Source: Podarcis filfolensis
Lineage: Eukaryota
NCBI GenBank assembly: GCA_964270895.1
Contig: OZ185446.1
Strand: one strand, 5' to 3'
Length of the DNA stretch: 64,000 nt
The stretch's first letter is position 1; each line of letters opens with the position of its first letter. Below, piece after piece: positions 11,901 through 23,225 of this stretch. The notes beneath the pieces were generated by a model. That model was not told the origin of the DNA. It searched no databases and worked only from the letters and a program-made list of their open reading frames with translations. The position numbers and the translations under genes were made by a program.

Positions 11901-12338
11901 CTTATCATCCGGCCACAACCCCTCTTTGCCGAAGCCGATCTGCTGGGGGAAATCCCAGCCTCCGAGCTTCTTTTCTCCTTTTTTCCTCCTTAAGGAGAGA
12001 AGTGCCGCTGTTGCAAGCTGGACTGGGGTGTTCAGCTGCTCCTGATATCAACAGATGTTGGCAGTGCACAGCTATTTACTGTGCATTGGGAAGATATAAT
12101 TCTCCAGCTCCTCTGACTGCAGCTTCCCATTGAAAGTTGCAGAAAGTTCGTGGGCTGAAGCAGAAGGTTTTTAACTTGTTTTGATTAGCACACCTGCTGG
12201 TTCACTGGGTTTATTCCCCCCCCCCACACCTCTCTGGATTTATTTTATTTTTTGCTTGCTTCTCGGACTCTTCGTTGACAAGTTCAGTTGACGCGTTCTC
12301 CCCACCTGTGGGACGCATTTGCTTCTGGAGAGACGGGT

Positions 12339-12374
12339 ATGACTGACGGCTGGTGGTGTCTGTGCCTGTTGTAG
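12339..12374 (+). other. uORF MTDGWWCLCLL*, in frame with and ending 3 nt before the 3B ATG
   Basis: ATG 12339, TAG 12372-74, then CCC, then ATG 12378; 39 nt offset means the same frame. Confidence 0.6.
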
Positions 12375-12377
12375 CCC

Positions 12378-12471
12378 ATGAAGCGATTTGGCAGCCTGAG
12401 AGGAAGCAAGAAGCGAAAGGATCAAGGCAGGAGCTCCGAAAGGCGCAAATCTGAACCCCATGGCCTTCTAG
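12378..12471 (+). CDS. PRKAG2: PRKAG2 alternative first coding exon (gamma2-3B-type N-terminus), MKRFGSLRGSKKRKDQGRSSERRKSEPHGLL + 1 nt
   Basis: ATG at 12378, 31 codons + G, then donor gtaggc at 12472. Phase 1 matches the exon at 52928 (G|CC = Ala). The peptide closely resembles the mammalian gamma2-3B N-terminus as recalled (MKRFGSLR..KK.KD..RS.ERR.SEPHGL.ASGLSSS). Confidence 0.9.
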
Positions 12472-13730
12472 GTAGGCAAATGCTCTCTCTTGCACCTTAA
12501 AAACCTTGGATGAACCCCACAAGTTGGCAGCAGCCAGGAGCTGTGGAGAGAGCAGCTTAATTCCATATTGATTCAGCGGTTTGAGTTTTGGGGGTGGCTG
12601 TTTAAATGCAGGTGCCTGGAAGAGATTTAAGCTGCTTTCTACATGCCAATAAGAGCAGTTCCTCTCTCAAAGGCAAACTAGCTTAGCCTCTCTCATCTAC
12701 CCCCCCACCCCCAAATTTTGCTTTGCAGAATTTCAGATAAGTGTCGAAAGGTGAATTTTCTGCCTTGTTGATAATTCTAAACTTTGGTTTGGAGTTATGC
12801 GCAGGCAAAATACCAGGAGATTTCACAAGTGTCCTTTTCAGTTCTTGGAAAGCCAAGGCACCTTATGAGACAGTCATCCTTCTCTGTACACCAGTGCTAT
12901 AGGAGAAGTTCAAGAGCTGTCCGATGATTGCTTAGTTATTTGTGCTTGACTTATCCCTTCGAAAGCCTCTTCTCGGTTTTCACTCTGTTTTATAGGATGA
13001 CTTCATTGCAGGTACCCTGATATTATAGACACACGGAACTACACCAGGGACCGCAACAACATGTAGCAGCATAATGATAGGCTTATAAGATAGGTTTGTA
13101 CTCCTATACTTATTGTCAGTTGCAGTTCTGCTGAAAATGCCTCCTCTTCCTACTCATTATTACTGTTGTGATTTAACTATTCTAAATTGCCTAAACATCA
13201 CAATTGCCATAGAGAGATGAAAATGGCATCTGCAGGCGTGCAATCCCATAGCCACAGCACAAAAGGAAAATTCAATGAGGAGGGAAAAGGAAAGAAAGCA
13301 CTGGAGCAGCTGCTCCTTTCTGACTGATGGTTGGTGCATTTACTTCCCCTCTCATGATGATCATTTCTACACCATGGAATGGCCCCCTGCATTTAGGATT
13401 CCTGTGTAAAACTAGTGAATTTCTGGATGTATCTTACTGGAGGAATTCTAGTGTGATTCCAGCTTTCCAGCACCAAGGATGCTATACCAATGTGTCTGCT
13501 GAGGATATCTTTGATGCTGCAGTAGATATGCCTTTGCTTTCCTTTCCTCTGATCCAGCCCCTGTTCAAAAAGATTGTCCTTAAGCCGTTTGAAACATCAC
13601 CCAACTCCACTTCGCCTTCGTTTTGTAGAGCAAGTTCTAAGCAGTCAGGGCAATATTGCTAGCTCCTAATAATCTTTGGCTGCTTCTGTTGCTGCTTCCT
13701 GATGCATATCACAGCCCAGCGGCACCTTTT

Positions 13731-14343
13731 TGTTGTTGTTGTTTAGTCGTTTAGTCGTGTCCGACTCTTCGTGACCCCATGGACCAGAGCACGCCAGGCA
13801 CTCCTGTCTTCCACTGCCTCCCGTAGTTTGGTCAAACTCATGCTGGTAGCTTCGAGAACACTATCCAACCATCTCGTCCTCTGTCGTCCCCTTCTCCTTG
13901 TGCCCTCCATCTTTCCCAACACCAGGGTCTTTCCCAGGGAGTTTTCTCTTCTCATGAGGTGGCCAAAGTATTGGAGCCTCAGCTTCAGGATCTGTCCTTC
14001 CAGTGAGCACTCAGGGCTGATTTCCTTCAGAATGGATAGGTTTGATCTTCTTGCAGTCCATGGGACTCTCAAGAGTCTCCTCCAGCACCAGAATTCAAAA
14101 GCATCCATTCTTCGGCGATCAGCCTTCTTTATGGTCCAGCTTTCATTTTCATACATCACTGCTGGGAAAACCATAGCTTTTACTATACGGACCTTTGTTG
14201 GCAAGGTGATGTCTCTGCTTTTTAAGATGCTCTCTAGGTTTGTCATTGCTTTTCTCCCAAGAAGCAGGCGTCTTTTAATTTTGTGGCTGCTGTCACCATC
14301 TGCAGTGATCATGGAGCCCAAGAAAGTAAAATCTCTCACTGCC
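13731..14343 (-). mobile_element. BovB (RTE) LINE 3' fragment
   Basis: ORF 13743-14444(-) LLLGRKAMTNLESILKSRDITLPTKVRIVKAMVFP...WCWRRLLRVPWTARRSN...GVTKSRTRLND; (CAA)n tail. Confidence 0.95.
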
Positions 14344-15815
14344 CTTTTAGCAACCCATTTATTATTGAGGAATTCCACCAAGGATATATCTCTGGTGTGC
14401 TCTCTGCATCTGTTGCCTCTGCAGCATCCTAAATGAAGGGTCACAGGTGCCTTTTGGCGCTAACCTTGGCTGCAGGTCTCAAGGCTGATGGAGAGGAACT
14501 GAAAAGCAGGCTCGTGTCATTGCATTTCCTAGAGAGTAGCTGCTGAGCTCCCAAAGGAAATCCCAGTTCCGTTTTTCAGAAGCAAGGTTCAGCTTCGCAC
14601 ATACACCTGTGAAAAGCTGCTACATAACTGTTTTTGTAATTTATTAAGTTCCTTCATTGGAAGCTTATGGTTTGTTTGTTTTTAATGCCAAGGAAATGAG
14701 GAGCAGAATACTATGCCGTTAACTCCTTGCCTTGCCGCCCCACTCGGCTGTTTAACTCGCCTTGACTCCTTGTCAACTGGTGTTCTCTGTCGCTCCTCCA
14801 TGAAACTGATTGGCAGTAGATCTAGATCCAGAGCAGATGACAGAATCAACTTTATCAAGCCAAGCTTCCAGTAGAATTCACTGCCACTAGAATAGGGCGG
14901 TGGCTGCTGGCTTTTAAAAGTGGATTAAACAAAGCCATACAGGGTGCGCCTTATCAATGGCTATAAGTGATCTCCATGTTGAGAGTTGGGCCACATATAC
15001 ACCATACATTTAACACACATGTAAAGAGCATGGCTTTCTCCCAAAGTATCCTGGGAACTGTAGTTTGTTGTGGGTGCTGGGAATTATAGCTCTTTAAGGA
15101 GTGAACTAAGTTTCTGATTTTGGCGGCAGGTGGGAGGGTGGAGAACCATGTCTTTTAAATGTTTGGTGTAGATTATTTTACTGAATACCAGTTCCGGGGA
15201 GCAAGAACACTCCTTCACTCCTTGCTTGGGGGCCTGTGAAGGCAATGGCTTAGCCACTGTGGGAAGCAGAATGCTGGAGCAGATGGACCTTTTGTCTGAC
15301 CCAGTAACAGTCTTCTTACAATTCCTATGATGAATTGGATTCACTGTGACCATTTTCAGGCCATGTTTGGCTTCCTACAGGATCCTTACTAAAGAATAGC
15401 ATTTCACAGGGCACATCGACTCTACAGTCCTATATTGGATTTGTCTTGATTTCTGCACCCGCTTACCTGCTAAGAAACTTTTGCCAGATGTCTGCTATGG
15501 AACCCTGCGAATATTGCAAAGGATTCTGTGGGCGGGTGAATATCCTAGGAATGTGTTCTTTTGGACCTTTGCCATCATCCCATGAGGACTAAGCTGGACA
15601 AGATGTTGAGGGTCCCTATTTGGCTTGCCCACCTCTTTAAATTTCTTTACCACCACCCTGCCCCCCCCCCAAAGTTGCACTGAGGCTGTGTTTTCCTGAA
15701 GTAAATTGCCCCTCCAAAGCGAATGGAATGCAGATAATAGGGAAGATAGCAGCTTGAGGAGCACTGGTTATGTCTGGGACATGATCTTTAGGATCCTCCC
15801 AAGGTTTGTCTTTAT

Positions 15816-15964
15816 CGTAGAATCATAGAATTGTAGAGTTGAAAGGGACCTTGAGGGTCATCTAGTTCAACCCCCTGCAATGCAGGAATCTTTTTGCCCA
15901 ACATGGGGCTCAAACCCCCAACCCTAAGATTAAGCGTCTCATGCTCTGCTGACGGAGCTATCCC
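15816..15964 (-). mobile_element. tRNA-Lys(CTT)-headed SINE with CR1 3' tail
   Basis: rc head gggatagctccgtcagcagagcatgagacgcttaatcttagggttgggggtttgagccccatgttgggc matches tRNA-Lys-CTT (mostly CpG decay), followed by attcctgcattgcagggggttgaactagatgacc...attctatgattct. Confidence 0.88.
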
Positions 15965-16072
15965 ACAGATTCCCAAAGAGATCAGATCGCAAACCTGCAA
16001 CATCATGTCTTATTGGGTGTTGAGTGTTACTCTAGAATGCCTCTGGGTCTCACACTGCAGGGGAAAATGGTA

Positions 16073-16313
16073 CAGTGGTACCTCGGGTTACGTACTTAAT
16101 TCGTTCCGGAGGTCCGTTCTTAACCTGAAACTGTTTTTACCTGAAGCACCACTTTAGCTAATGGGGCCTCCCGCTGCCGCCGTGCCACCAGAGCATGATT
16201 TCTGTTCTCATCCTGAAGCAAAGTGCTTAACCTGAGGTACTATTTGTGAGTTAGTGGAGTCTGTAACCTGAAGTGTATGTAACCTGAAGCGTATGTAACC
16301 CAAGGTACCACTG
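16073..16313. mobile_element. Tc1/mariner(Tigger)-like MITE, family A
   Basis: TIR CAGTGGTACCTCGGGTTAC / GTAACCCAAGGTACCACTG, TA TSD on both sides. Confidence 0.92.
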
Positions 16314-16450
16314 TACTGACTGGCAGGTTCAAAGGATCTTCTCTACCATTACTGATCGTCTCATGGAAGAATGCCTGGTGAGCTTCAAAGGAACCCTGTG
16401 GATCCCCCAGAAGAAATCCACTGAACTATCTGCTACTTAACTTTATAAGA

Positions 16451-16640
16451 CAGTGGTGTCCAAACGTTTTTCAAAGAGGGCCAGATTTGATGAAGTGAAG
16501 GGCCGTGAAGGCCGACCAAAGGGCCGACCAAAGTTGTTAACGTTTTTTAAGGATTAAAGTTGTTGAGCTTTTTTATGATTTCACCCCAGGATATAAACTG
16601 CCACAGGGGCTGAGTAAGGCCCCTGAAATGGACATGCCTA
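16451..16640. mobile_element. hAT MITE
   Basis: cagtggtgtccaa..atggacatgccta termini; 8-bp TSD ttataaga/tcataaga (7/8 match). Confidence 0.7.
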
Positions 16641-17214
16641 TCATAAGAGTTGCCCCTGGCTCCCCTTCGACTCTCAACATGGCCAGTTGTGTTTAAACAG
16701 GTCAGGTCCCTGTTGCTGTTTGTAGATGAGATTTCTTCTTCTTCCAAGCAAGATGAGACTAATATCCCTGCCCTTTAAAGGACACCATCTGTTCAGGGAT
16801 AGGTTGAATGACACATACGAAGAACGCAAGGTTAAAACGAGTTCCCCTCTGACGAACGCGGGAGGCGGCTCTCCTCTGAGCCCTGCAGCTGTGAAAACAT
16901 CTGGCTCAGCACAACAGCAACTGGGGAAGGCCCACTCCAGCAAAGATCCAGCCTCATCCACGCCCATCTGGAGCCTGTTTTAGTAGTGGTTCTTTGGAAG
17001 GCAACCCAGATGTGGCTTTTCCCTGGGCTGCCCAGGGCTTGAACGGTCTGTTCAAGCCCAGCTTGCTCTAGTGACGGGGCTTGTTCCAAGCTCAACCCAG
17101 ATTGGCTAATTGCACTCACTGCAGCTCCTGCAGGATCAAAAGTTAACTGCATGGGTCTTCGCAATTGTAGTAGCACCATGCGCTCCTAATACCTAATAAT
17201 GGCAGCTTCTTACC

Positions 17215-17540
17215 AGGGTAGAGAAATGTGGGTGGGGTAAACTGACGGAATAAGCGCAGCTTGCGGACCTAACATATAGAATAAGAGATCAAGAAGAACA
17301 TAGGTTTAAAGAAGATTGGAAAATATTTATTGAATATATGGAGGAAAATTGTGTTTATTTGAAAATGTAGGCAGCATTAAGATAAATCCAACAGTGTAAA
17401 TAAGTTTTGATGGGAGTAAAAATGGAATATTGAATGGTTTAGTTTATTTAAAATATGAAGGTATTTATGTCGTGCAAAACGAATGATGGAAAGAGAGGAA
17501 GGGAAGTCATTGATATTTTGTCTAAGTGAATATTCTATGT
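17215..17540 (+). mobile_element. L1-clade LINE 3' fragment
   Basis: Decayed frame W..KL.E.AQLADLTYRIRDQEEHRFKEDWKIFIEYM resembles the squamate L1 ORF2 C-terminus; A-rich 3' UTR. Confidence 0.7.
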
Positions 17541-17966
17541 AAAACAGAAATTGTGGGTGGGTGCAGAAATCTCTTGCTTTTGCACGGCTGGAACATGGCC
17601 TACTGTACAAAACTAAGAGTCACATCTGTTGTTTTGCCTGCTTTCGTCAAGTGGTCCCCAAGTGATTGCACATTAGGAAATGTGGCCCTTGGAATAGGGG
17701 TTATAATCCTATCCTGGATTCGCAGGCTCAAACAGAATTATGATGCATAATGATAAAGTATACAGGAAAATTCAGGTTAAGTCATCTGCGTTTCTTTTTT
17801 CATTGCGCAGCATTTAGGTTTGGTTTTGTCCTTTGCACGGAGTCTGCACAACTATTCCTTAAACTTTGAAGTCAGAATCTGTTACTGGGTAAACAATCCA
17901 GAGTTCTCAGCTTTTATTTGATGGGGAGGGAAACAAGTTTCTAGTTCACATGGCTGCAGAGAGAGG

Positions 17967-18112
17967 CAGCATGTGGTGTACTGGTTAGAGGGCCAGACTA
18001 AGGTTAGGGAAACCAGGGTCAGCCATGAATCAACCTGGACAACCTTAGGCCAGTGGATCTCTCTTGGTCTTACCTAGCTCACAGGGTTCTTGTGAGGATA
18101 AAATGGGTGAAA
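17967..18112 (+). mobile_element. Old MIR/CORE-like SINE
   Basis: tggtgtactggttagag head; accttaggccagt and cctagctcacagggttcttgtgaggataaaatgg core-like segments. Confidence 0.6.
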
Positions 18113-18130
18113 TGAAGGAATAATAATAAA

Positions 18131-18575
18131 ATGGTCCAGTAGCACTTTAGAGACCAACTAAGTTTGTACTATGGGACGCAGGTGGCGCTGTGGGTTAAAC
18201 CACAGAGCCTAGGACTTGCCGATCAGAGGGTTGGCGGTTCGAATCCCCGTGATGGGGTGAGCTCTCATTGCTCGGTCCCTGCTCCTGCCAACCTAGCAGT
18301 TCAAAAGCACAACAAAGTGCAAGTAGATAAATAGGTACCGCTCCTGCGGGAAGGTAAACGGCGTTTCCATGTGCTGCTCTGGTTCGCCAGAAGCGGGTTA
18401 GTCATGCTGGCCACATGACCCGGAAGCTGTACACCGGCTCCCTCAGACTATAGAGTGAGATGAGCGCCACAACCCCAGAGTCGGCCACGACTGGACCTAA
18501 TGGTCAGGGGTCCCTTTACCTTTTAAGTTTGGACTGGGTATAAGCTTTTGTGTGCATGCACCCTTCTTCAGATAA
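18131..18575. mobile_element. Penelope-like terminal-repeat fragment interrupted by a Sauria SINE
   Basis: tccagtagcactttagagaccaactaagttt..gggtataagcttttgtgtgcatgcacccttcttcagata resembles reptile Penelope termini. Confidence 0.6.
18173..18523 (+). mobile_element. Sauria SINE, full length
   Basis: gggacgcaggtggcgctgtgggttaaaccacagagcc head through tttacc tail; flanks taagtttgtact/taagtttggact. Confidence 0.95.
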
Positions 18576-19764
18576 CGGAGTGTACATTTTGAGCATCAAC
18601 AGTGTCTAGAGAAATCTTTGAAGCTAGTGGGGGAGCTGTGTAGGATTTTGAGTGATTAAGAATTGAGTCTTCTGGGCACTCCGTAGCTCCTTGCCCTCCC
18701 TCCGACTAGAGAAAAGGTGCCAATTAAACTGGGGAAACAGTTTGCAGAATCCAGCTTTCTGTAGTATATATTTTGGTTTACCTTGTCTGCAGCTGTTTGG
18801 CTTCAGCTGTATCTTGCTTTTCCGGCCCTTTGCCTGTGCTCCTTTCCACTGAAAGGCTTATCTGTGTGTACTTGGGGCATTCTCGGCCTGCACATGAAAT
18901 TGCAGAAATCCCAACTTACCCTAGGGGATGGGGTTGTGCCCGAGAAGCCTGGCTCTCCATCAGCAGCGCCCAGCATTGTGGGGGGGGGGGGACCACTACA
19001 GCCTCCACGCTGAGACACAAACACGGTTGCATTCAAAGATTTGTTCGTCCGTACATTCAGGGCTGAGCGGTACAACTCGCAGCAACGCCTGTGGAGCTCT
19101 TTCATTTATTAGCTGTCCCCTTGCTCAGCCTGCTGGGTTGACGGCAATTTCAGAAAATGTGCGCTAGTGGCCGATCAATGCCAATTAATCTTGCGTTGCA
19201 GACGGCACTGGGGCCTGGGTGCTGGGAGGCTTCGCAGCAGCTGGTTGCAGTTTGAAAAGAGAAGGTGTGATGGATTGCCGTGTGGTGTGCGAAACCTCCT
19301 TTTCCCCTGGGGTTTGCTTCTAGGGATATCGCATATTTCCCTCCCTCCCTGGCCACTGTTTCTGCACTTCTCTGAAGGTGCTTTGAATGTCAGGAGTATT
19401 TCTAGAACCGCAAAATGCCTGCCTAATCTTCAGTCCCTAATTTAGGACTTTTATCAGTCAAAGAGGACCCTGGGGGTGAACCTCGATTCCTACTAAAATT
19501 ACATGCCAAAAGGCAAGCCTGGGTTTTGGGTCCATTGCTGAGTGAAAAGCCAGATATGGCCCTCCAGTCCTCTTTATATGGCCCTTGGGACCCTCCTGGC
19601 ACCACACTCCTCCTTGGCCCTTCTCCACGCTCTCCTCCAGTTCTTTTGCCTGGCTGGAATGTGTCCTTGGATAGTAGTAACATCTCTTACTTGCTTGAAT
19701 GGAGAAGGGTCCATGTAGAAAGCTTTGCAAGAAAGCCACTTCCGACCTAAGGAGGAGGTGGTGT

Positions 19765-20511
19765 TGCGGGCTTCCCACCCCCAACATTCACACGGTGGCT
19801 GACTCCCAGCCCCGCGCCACCACGGGAATCCTCTGCCGCGTCATTCCCTGGCCAGCCAATCGGCTGGCTCAGGGGGTGTGGCTTGCCCCATTTAAGGGCA
19901 AGTGTGGCGGAGGAGCGTCCTCTTTTGCTGCCGATCAGCTGGGGAATTTCCCACCCACCCACCCTTCAAGGTTCTCCTTTGACCTTGCTATGGACTTCGG
20001 TTGGTCGCCGTTAAGGGGCCTGGTAGGAATTTTTCCACTTGGCAAATTGGCACCAGCCACTTGGTTTTTTCGCCTACCTCGTAGCAAATCGTCACAACTT
20101 CTATGGTTTGGCGGTTAGGCATTGGTATGGGTATTGTTATGTAGATGAATGGGGGGGAGGAGCGCCATCACCTCCCCCCGAATAGTGAAGGGTAGTCCGG
20201 TAAAGGACTCCGGGGGCGTGGCCCTGTCCGAAGCCCATGGAGGCCAGGGCCCAAGGCACGCCCCCGAGCGGTGACCCCGGGGGAGTGCCTAGTTGATGTG
20301 CATCAGCAGGGCTTCCCCTGCTGGTGTTAACCCTTCCCGGCCTCTCAGACAGACAGACTGAAACCGGATAGTTGATTAGGACCAATGCCTAAGCCAATAC
20401 CGCTAATCACCTGTAACCAATAAAGTTGTGGCCAATTTTAGCCCATTAACCTAAATAATGTTGTCCGGTGTCTTTATTTCTACTGGTGGGAGGGGGGAAC
20501 TCGCCACGCAA
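19765..20511 (+). mobile_element. DIRS/Ngaro-like (tyrosine-recombinase retroelement) terminal-repeat remnant
   Basis: CpG-rich; CCAAT, GT-box and TATA-like motifs; ttcccacccacccaccc and ggttttttcgcctacc motifs; AATAAA 20419; internal inverted repeat 20108-26 / 20381-97; no TSD. Confidence 0.5.
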
Positions 20512-21118
20512 AGAATGGCGAGTGATTATGGGGAGACAGGCTGAGCTATTAAAACTTCCCTCAAGGGCCCCCAATATTTTTACAATTTTGTTTTTGTTTT
20601 TTTAATCCACCTATCATATTAGAGTAAGCAGGTGCAAAAGGGTTTCTGGGCCTTGTGTAGAAGAGGGAGTTTTGGCAGGTGGATGACAGGGCACCAAAAT
20701 TCCTGCCGCCACACATCTGTGGAAAATACAGAAACTCTGTTGTCATTTGCAGCCAGTCCTCCTGCATGTCTTCCATCTTAAAATAAAACATTGTCATTGC
20801 ACAACAAAGCTAACTCAAAACGTTGCACCAAATCATGCCATCTTGGGCATTAATTTAGTGGGAAGGTGGGCTGTAAGTATTACAGAGGAAGAATAAAGGA
20901 AAACCCCGAAAGCTGTGACCTGAATAATTATGCAAGTTTTTGTGGATTCTGCATCACTTTTCCGCTTCAGTTTGCCTTAGGAAAGGGCAACGGGCTTGTT
21001 GAGACTTAAGAGAAAAAGGTCATGATTTGTAAGCATAATGATTCCTAGGGAGCTCCTTGGACCCTATGCTCTGGGGTGTGGAACCATAATGTCCACAGAT
21101 AGCCCTAGATATATATAT

Positions 21119-21149
<31 letters not shown>

Positions 21150-21150
<1 letters not shown>

Positions 21151-21412
21151 CCCGTATTTTTCGCTCTATAAGATGCACCAGACCACAAGACGCACCTAGT
21201 TTTTGGAGGAGGAAAACGAAACAAAAAATATTCTGAATCTCAGAAGCCAGAACAGCAAGAGGGATCACTGCGCAGTGAAAGCAGCAATCCCTCTTGCTGT
21301 TCTGGCTTCTGGGATAGCTGCGCAGCCTGCATTCGCTCCATAACACACACACACATTTCCCCTTACTTGTTAGGAGGGAAAAAGTGAGTCGTATAGAGCA
21401 AAAAATACGGTG
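21150..21412. mobile_element. Tc1/pogo-like MITE with internal perfect inverted repeat
   Basis: TIR ccgtatttttcgctctata / tatagagcaaaaaatacgg; flanked by (CA)n and (TA)n(GA)n. Confidence 0.8.
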
Positions 21413-21851
21413 TATATATATATAGAGAGAGAGAGAGTCCAAGGATGACTGACAGCTGGGTGGAACTACTGGAACTCCAGATGTTGAAAAAGATGCATTT
21501 CAGATGAACTAACCTTCCTTTGGGAGCATGTTTCATTTAGCAACTCCCATCAGGTTCATAAACCACCATAGGACTCCCTATGGTGGTTTATCCACATGAT
21601 GAAATTTCCAGCTGGAGTTTGTTTCTCTTTTTCCTGTTGCAGTCCAACAGAACCCATGTATATTCTGCACTGGGTGCCCTGGAAGGGGACCATAGCTTTG
21701 TGGTAGAGCCCACGCACAGTCCATGGGACCTCCTATTGATAAAAAGGACCTCGAATAGAAAATGATGTGAAGGATTCTCTGCTGGGGACCTTGGAAGAGC
21801 CATTGCCTGTCAATATGCATAATATCGGGGTAGATCAATGATGGAGAATCT

Positions 21852-21962
21852 GAGGCCCTCCAGATGTAGCTGGATTACAACTCCCATCATCCTTGACCAT
21901 TGGCCATGCTGGCTGTGCAGTCCAACAGTATCTGGAGCTGCCACAAGTTCCCCATCCCTGGG
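21852..21962. mobile_element. Short palindromic squamate MITE (ctacaactcccatcatcc family)
   Basis: Shared core gccctccagatg..ctacaactcccatcatcc; further copies at 28066, ~28712, ~37122 and 51278. Confidence 0.55.
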
Positions 21963-23225
21963 CTAGAAGGGCAAATAATCTTGCCTGTGTTCCTGGATAT
22001 ATTGGGATAGTTGGCGATTTGATTTCTATTCTGCTTTGCTTCCATTCAACTCAGGGTGGTGTATGTGCATTCCCTGCCTGTCTCCCATCCGATCTGCATG
22101 GCTTTGGTGAGGCTGTTGCATTGCCCGTCCGCCGCCCATGATGATGGAGAACGTTGCATTTTTTAACTTGTAAAATGTTTACATTCCTCTCCACTTTTTT
22201 TTAAAAAAAAAGTATGTTCATTTCAGGCCAGTTTCTGCTGATGGCTGCAGTTTTCCTGTAAACAGTGGGTTGGTTGGTTGGTTGATTATTTGATTTTTTT
22301 TTTATACCACCTTTCATTATACAATCTCAGGGTGGTTCACAGAATGGATGAGGAGGTAAATGTGTGCTGTGCCCACACCATTTCACAGGGGGAGGCTCAT
22401 ATGCTTGTAGGTTCTTCTATGCCTAAAAATAAAAATAAAACAATAATCCCTGCACTGGGAAATCTAGTGTGTCAGAAGTTGGATAACAAGCAAAGCTTAT
22501 CTAAACAGCTTTGAGGTTTCGGGTTTTTAAAAAACCCAATCAAGCAGTTTATGAAATAAATAACTTCTCCTGTATAGTATGTGCAAGGAATTTTAGACAA
22601 TTTTTTTTTAAAAAAAGATGCCCCTCCCCCCGCTCCTCGCATGAGCAATCTGAAATAATTACAGGGCAGGCAGAAGGCATCTCCTCATATGTGAGAACTA
22701 GCTGTATGCCTTGGCAGAGTACAAACCCGACTCCCGACTGAGCAAAATTTAGATGTCCTCAACTCCCTTCCTTTTTCACTGCTCTTATTCGTCTACTCGA
22801 TTGAAGTATTGCAGCAGGGGCTGGGTTTGTATCTGCCAGCTGTTGCTATAGCAACGCTTCTCTTGCCCAAGTCTTGCTGCTAAAAATAGATCACCTTGAA
22901 CCCGGGGAAAGAAATCAGGGGAAATCAAAAGGTGCCAGCGTGATTGACTTCCGCGGTGGCGCTTGCAAAGCAGCTCTGCCTTTGAAATCCAGCAAATGAA
23001 AGCCTTCCACAATGCGAGGAGGCATGAGCAGCCTATTTAAGCAACAAATCGGAAACGGTAGGGTTTGAAGTCCTGCTCCGTGGTTTAAATTACACCCAGC
23101 GCCTTACAATTCTGGACGTGTGCTGCTGTCGCAGGCTACTGTCACTGAGGGGCACCCCAAAAGAGAAACCACTGGCTGCTGCCCAGAAGCGAGGGATATG
23201 TTGTGTGTGTTCCCCAGCCGGTGCA

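Noticed and set aside
13771-14436. 221-aa plus-strand ORF (and similar ORFs at 29618, 46850, 51727)
   Set aside because: Antisense shadow of the BovB ORF2; the same pseudo-peptide recurs at every BovB copy.
15896-15964. Possible tRNA-Lys gene (likewise tRNA-Ile at 2571-2633 and 5S rRNA at 32834-78)
   Set aside because: Stems are disrupted or the copy is partial, and each is fused to a CR1 tail; treated as SINE heads.
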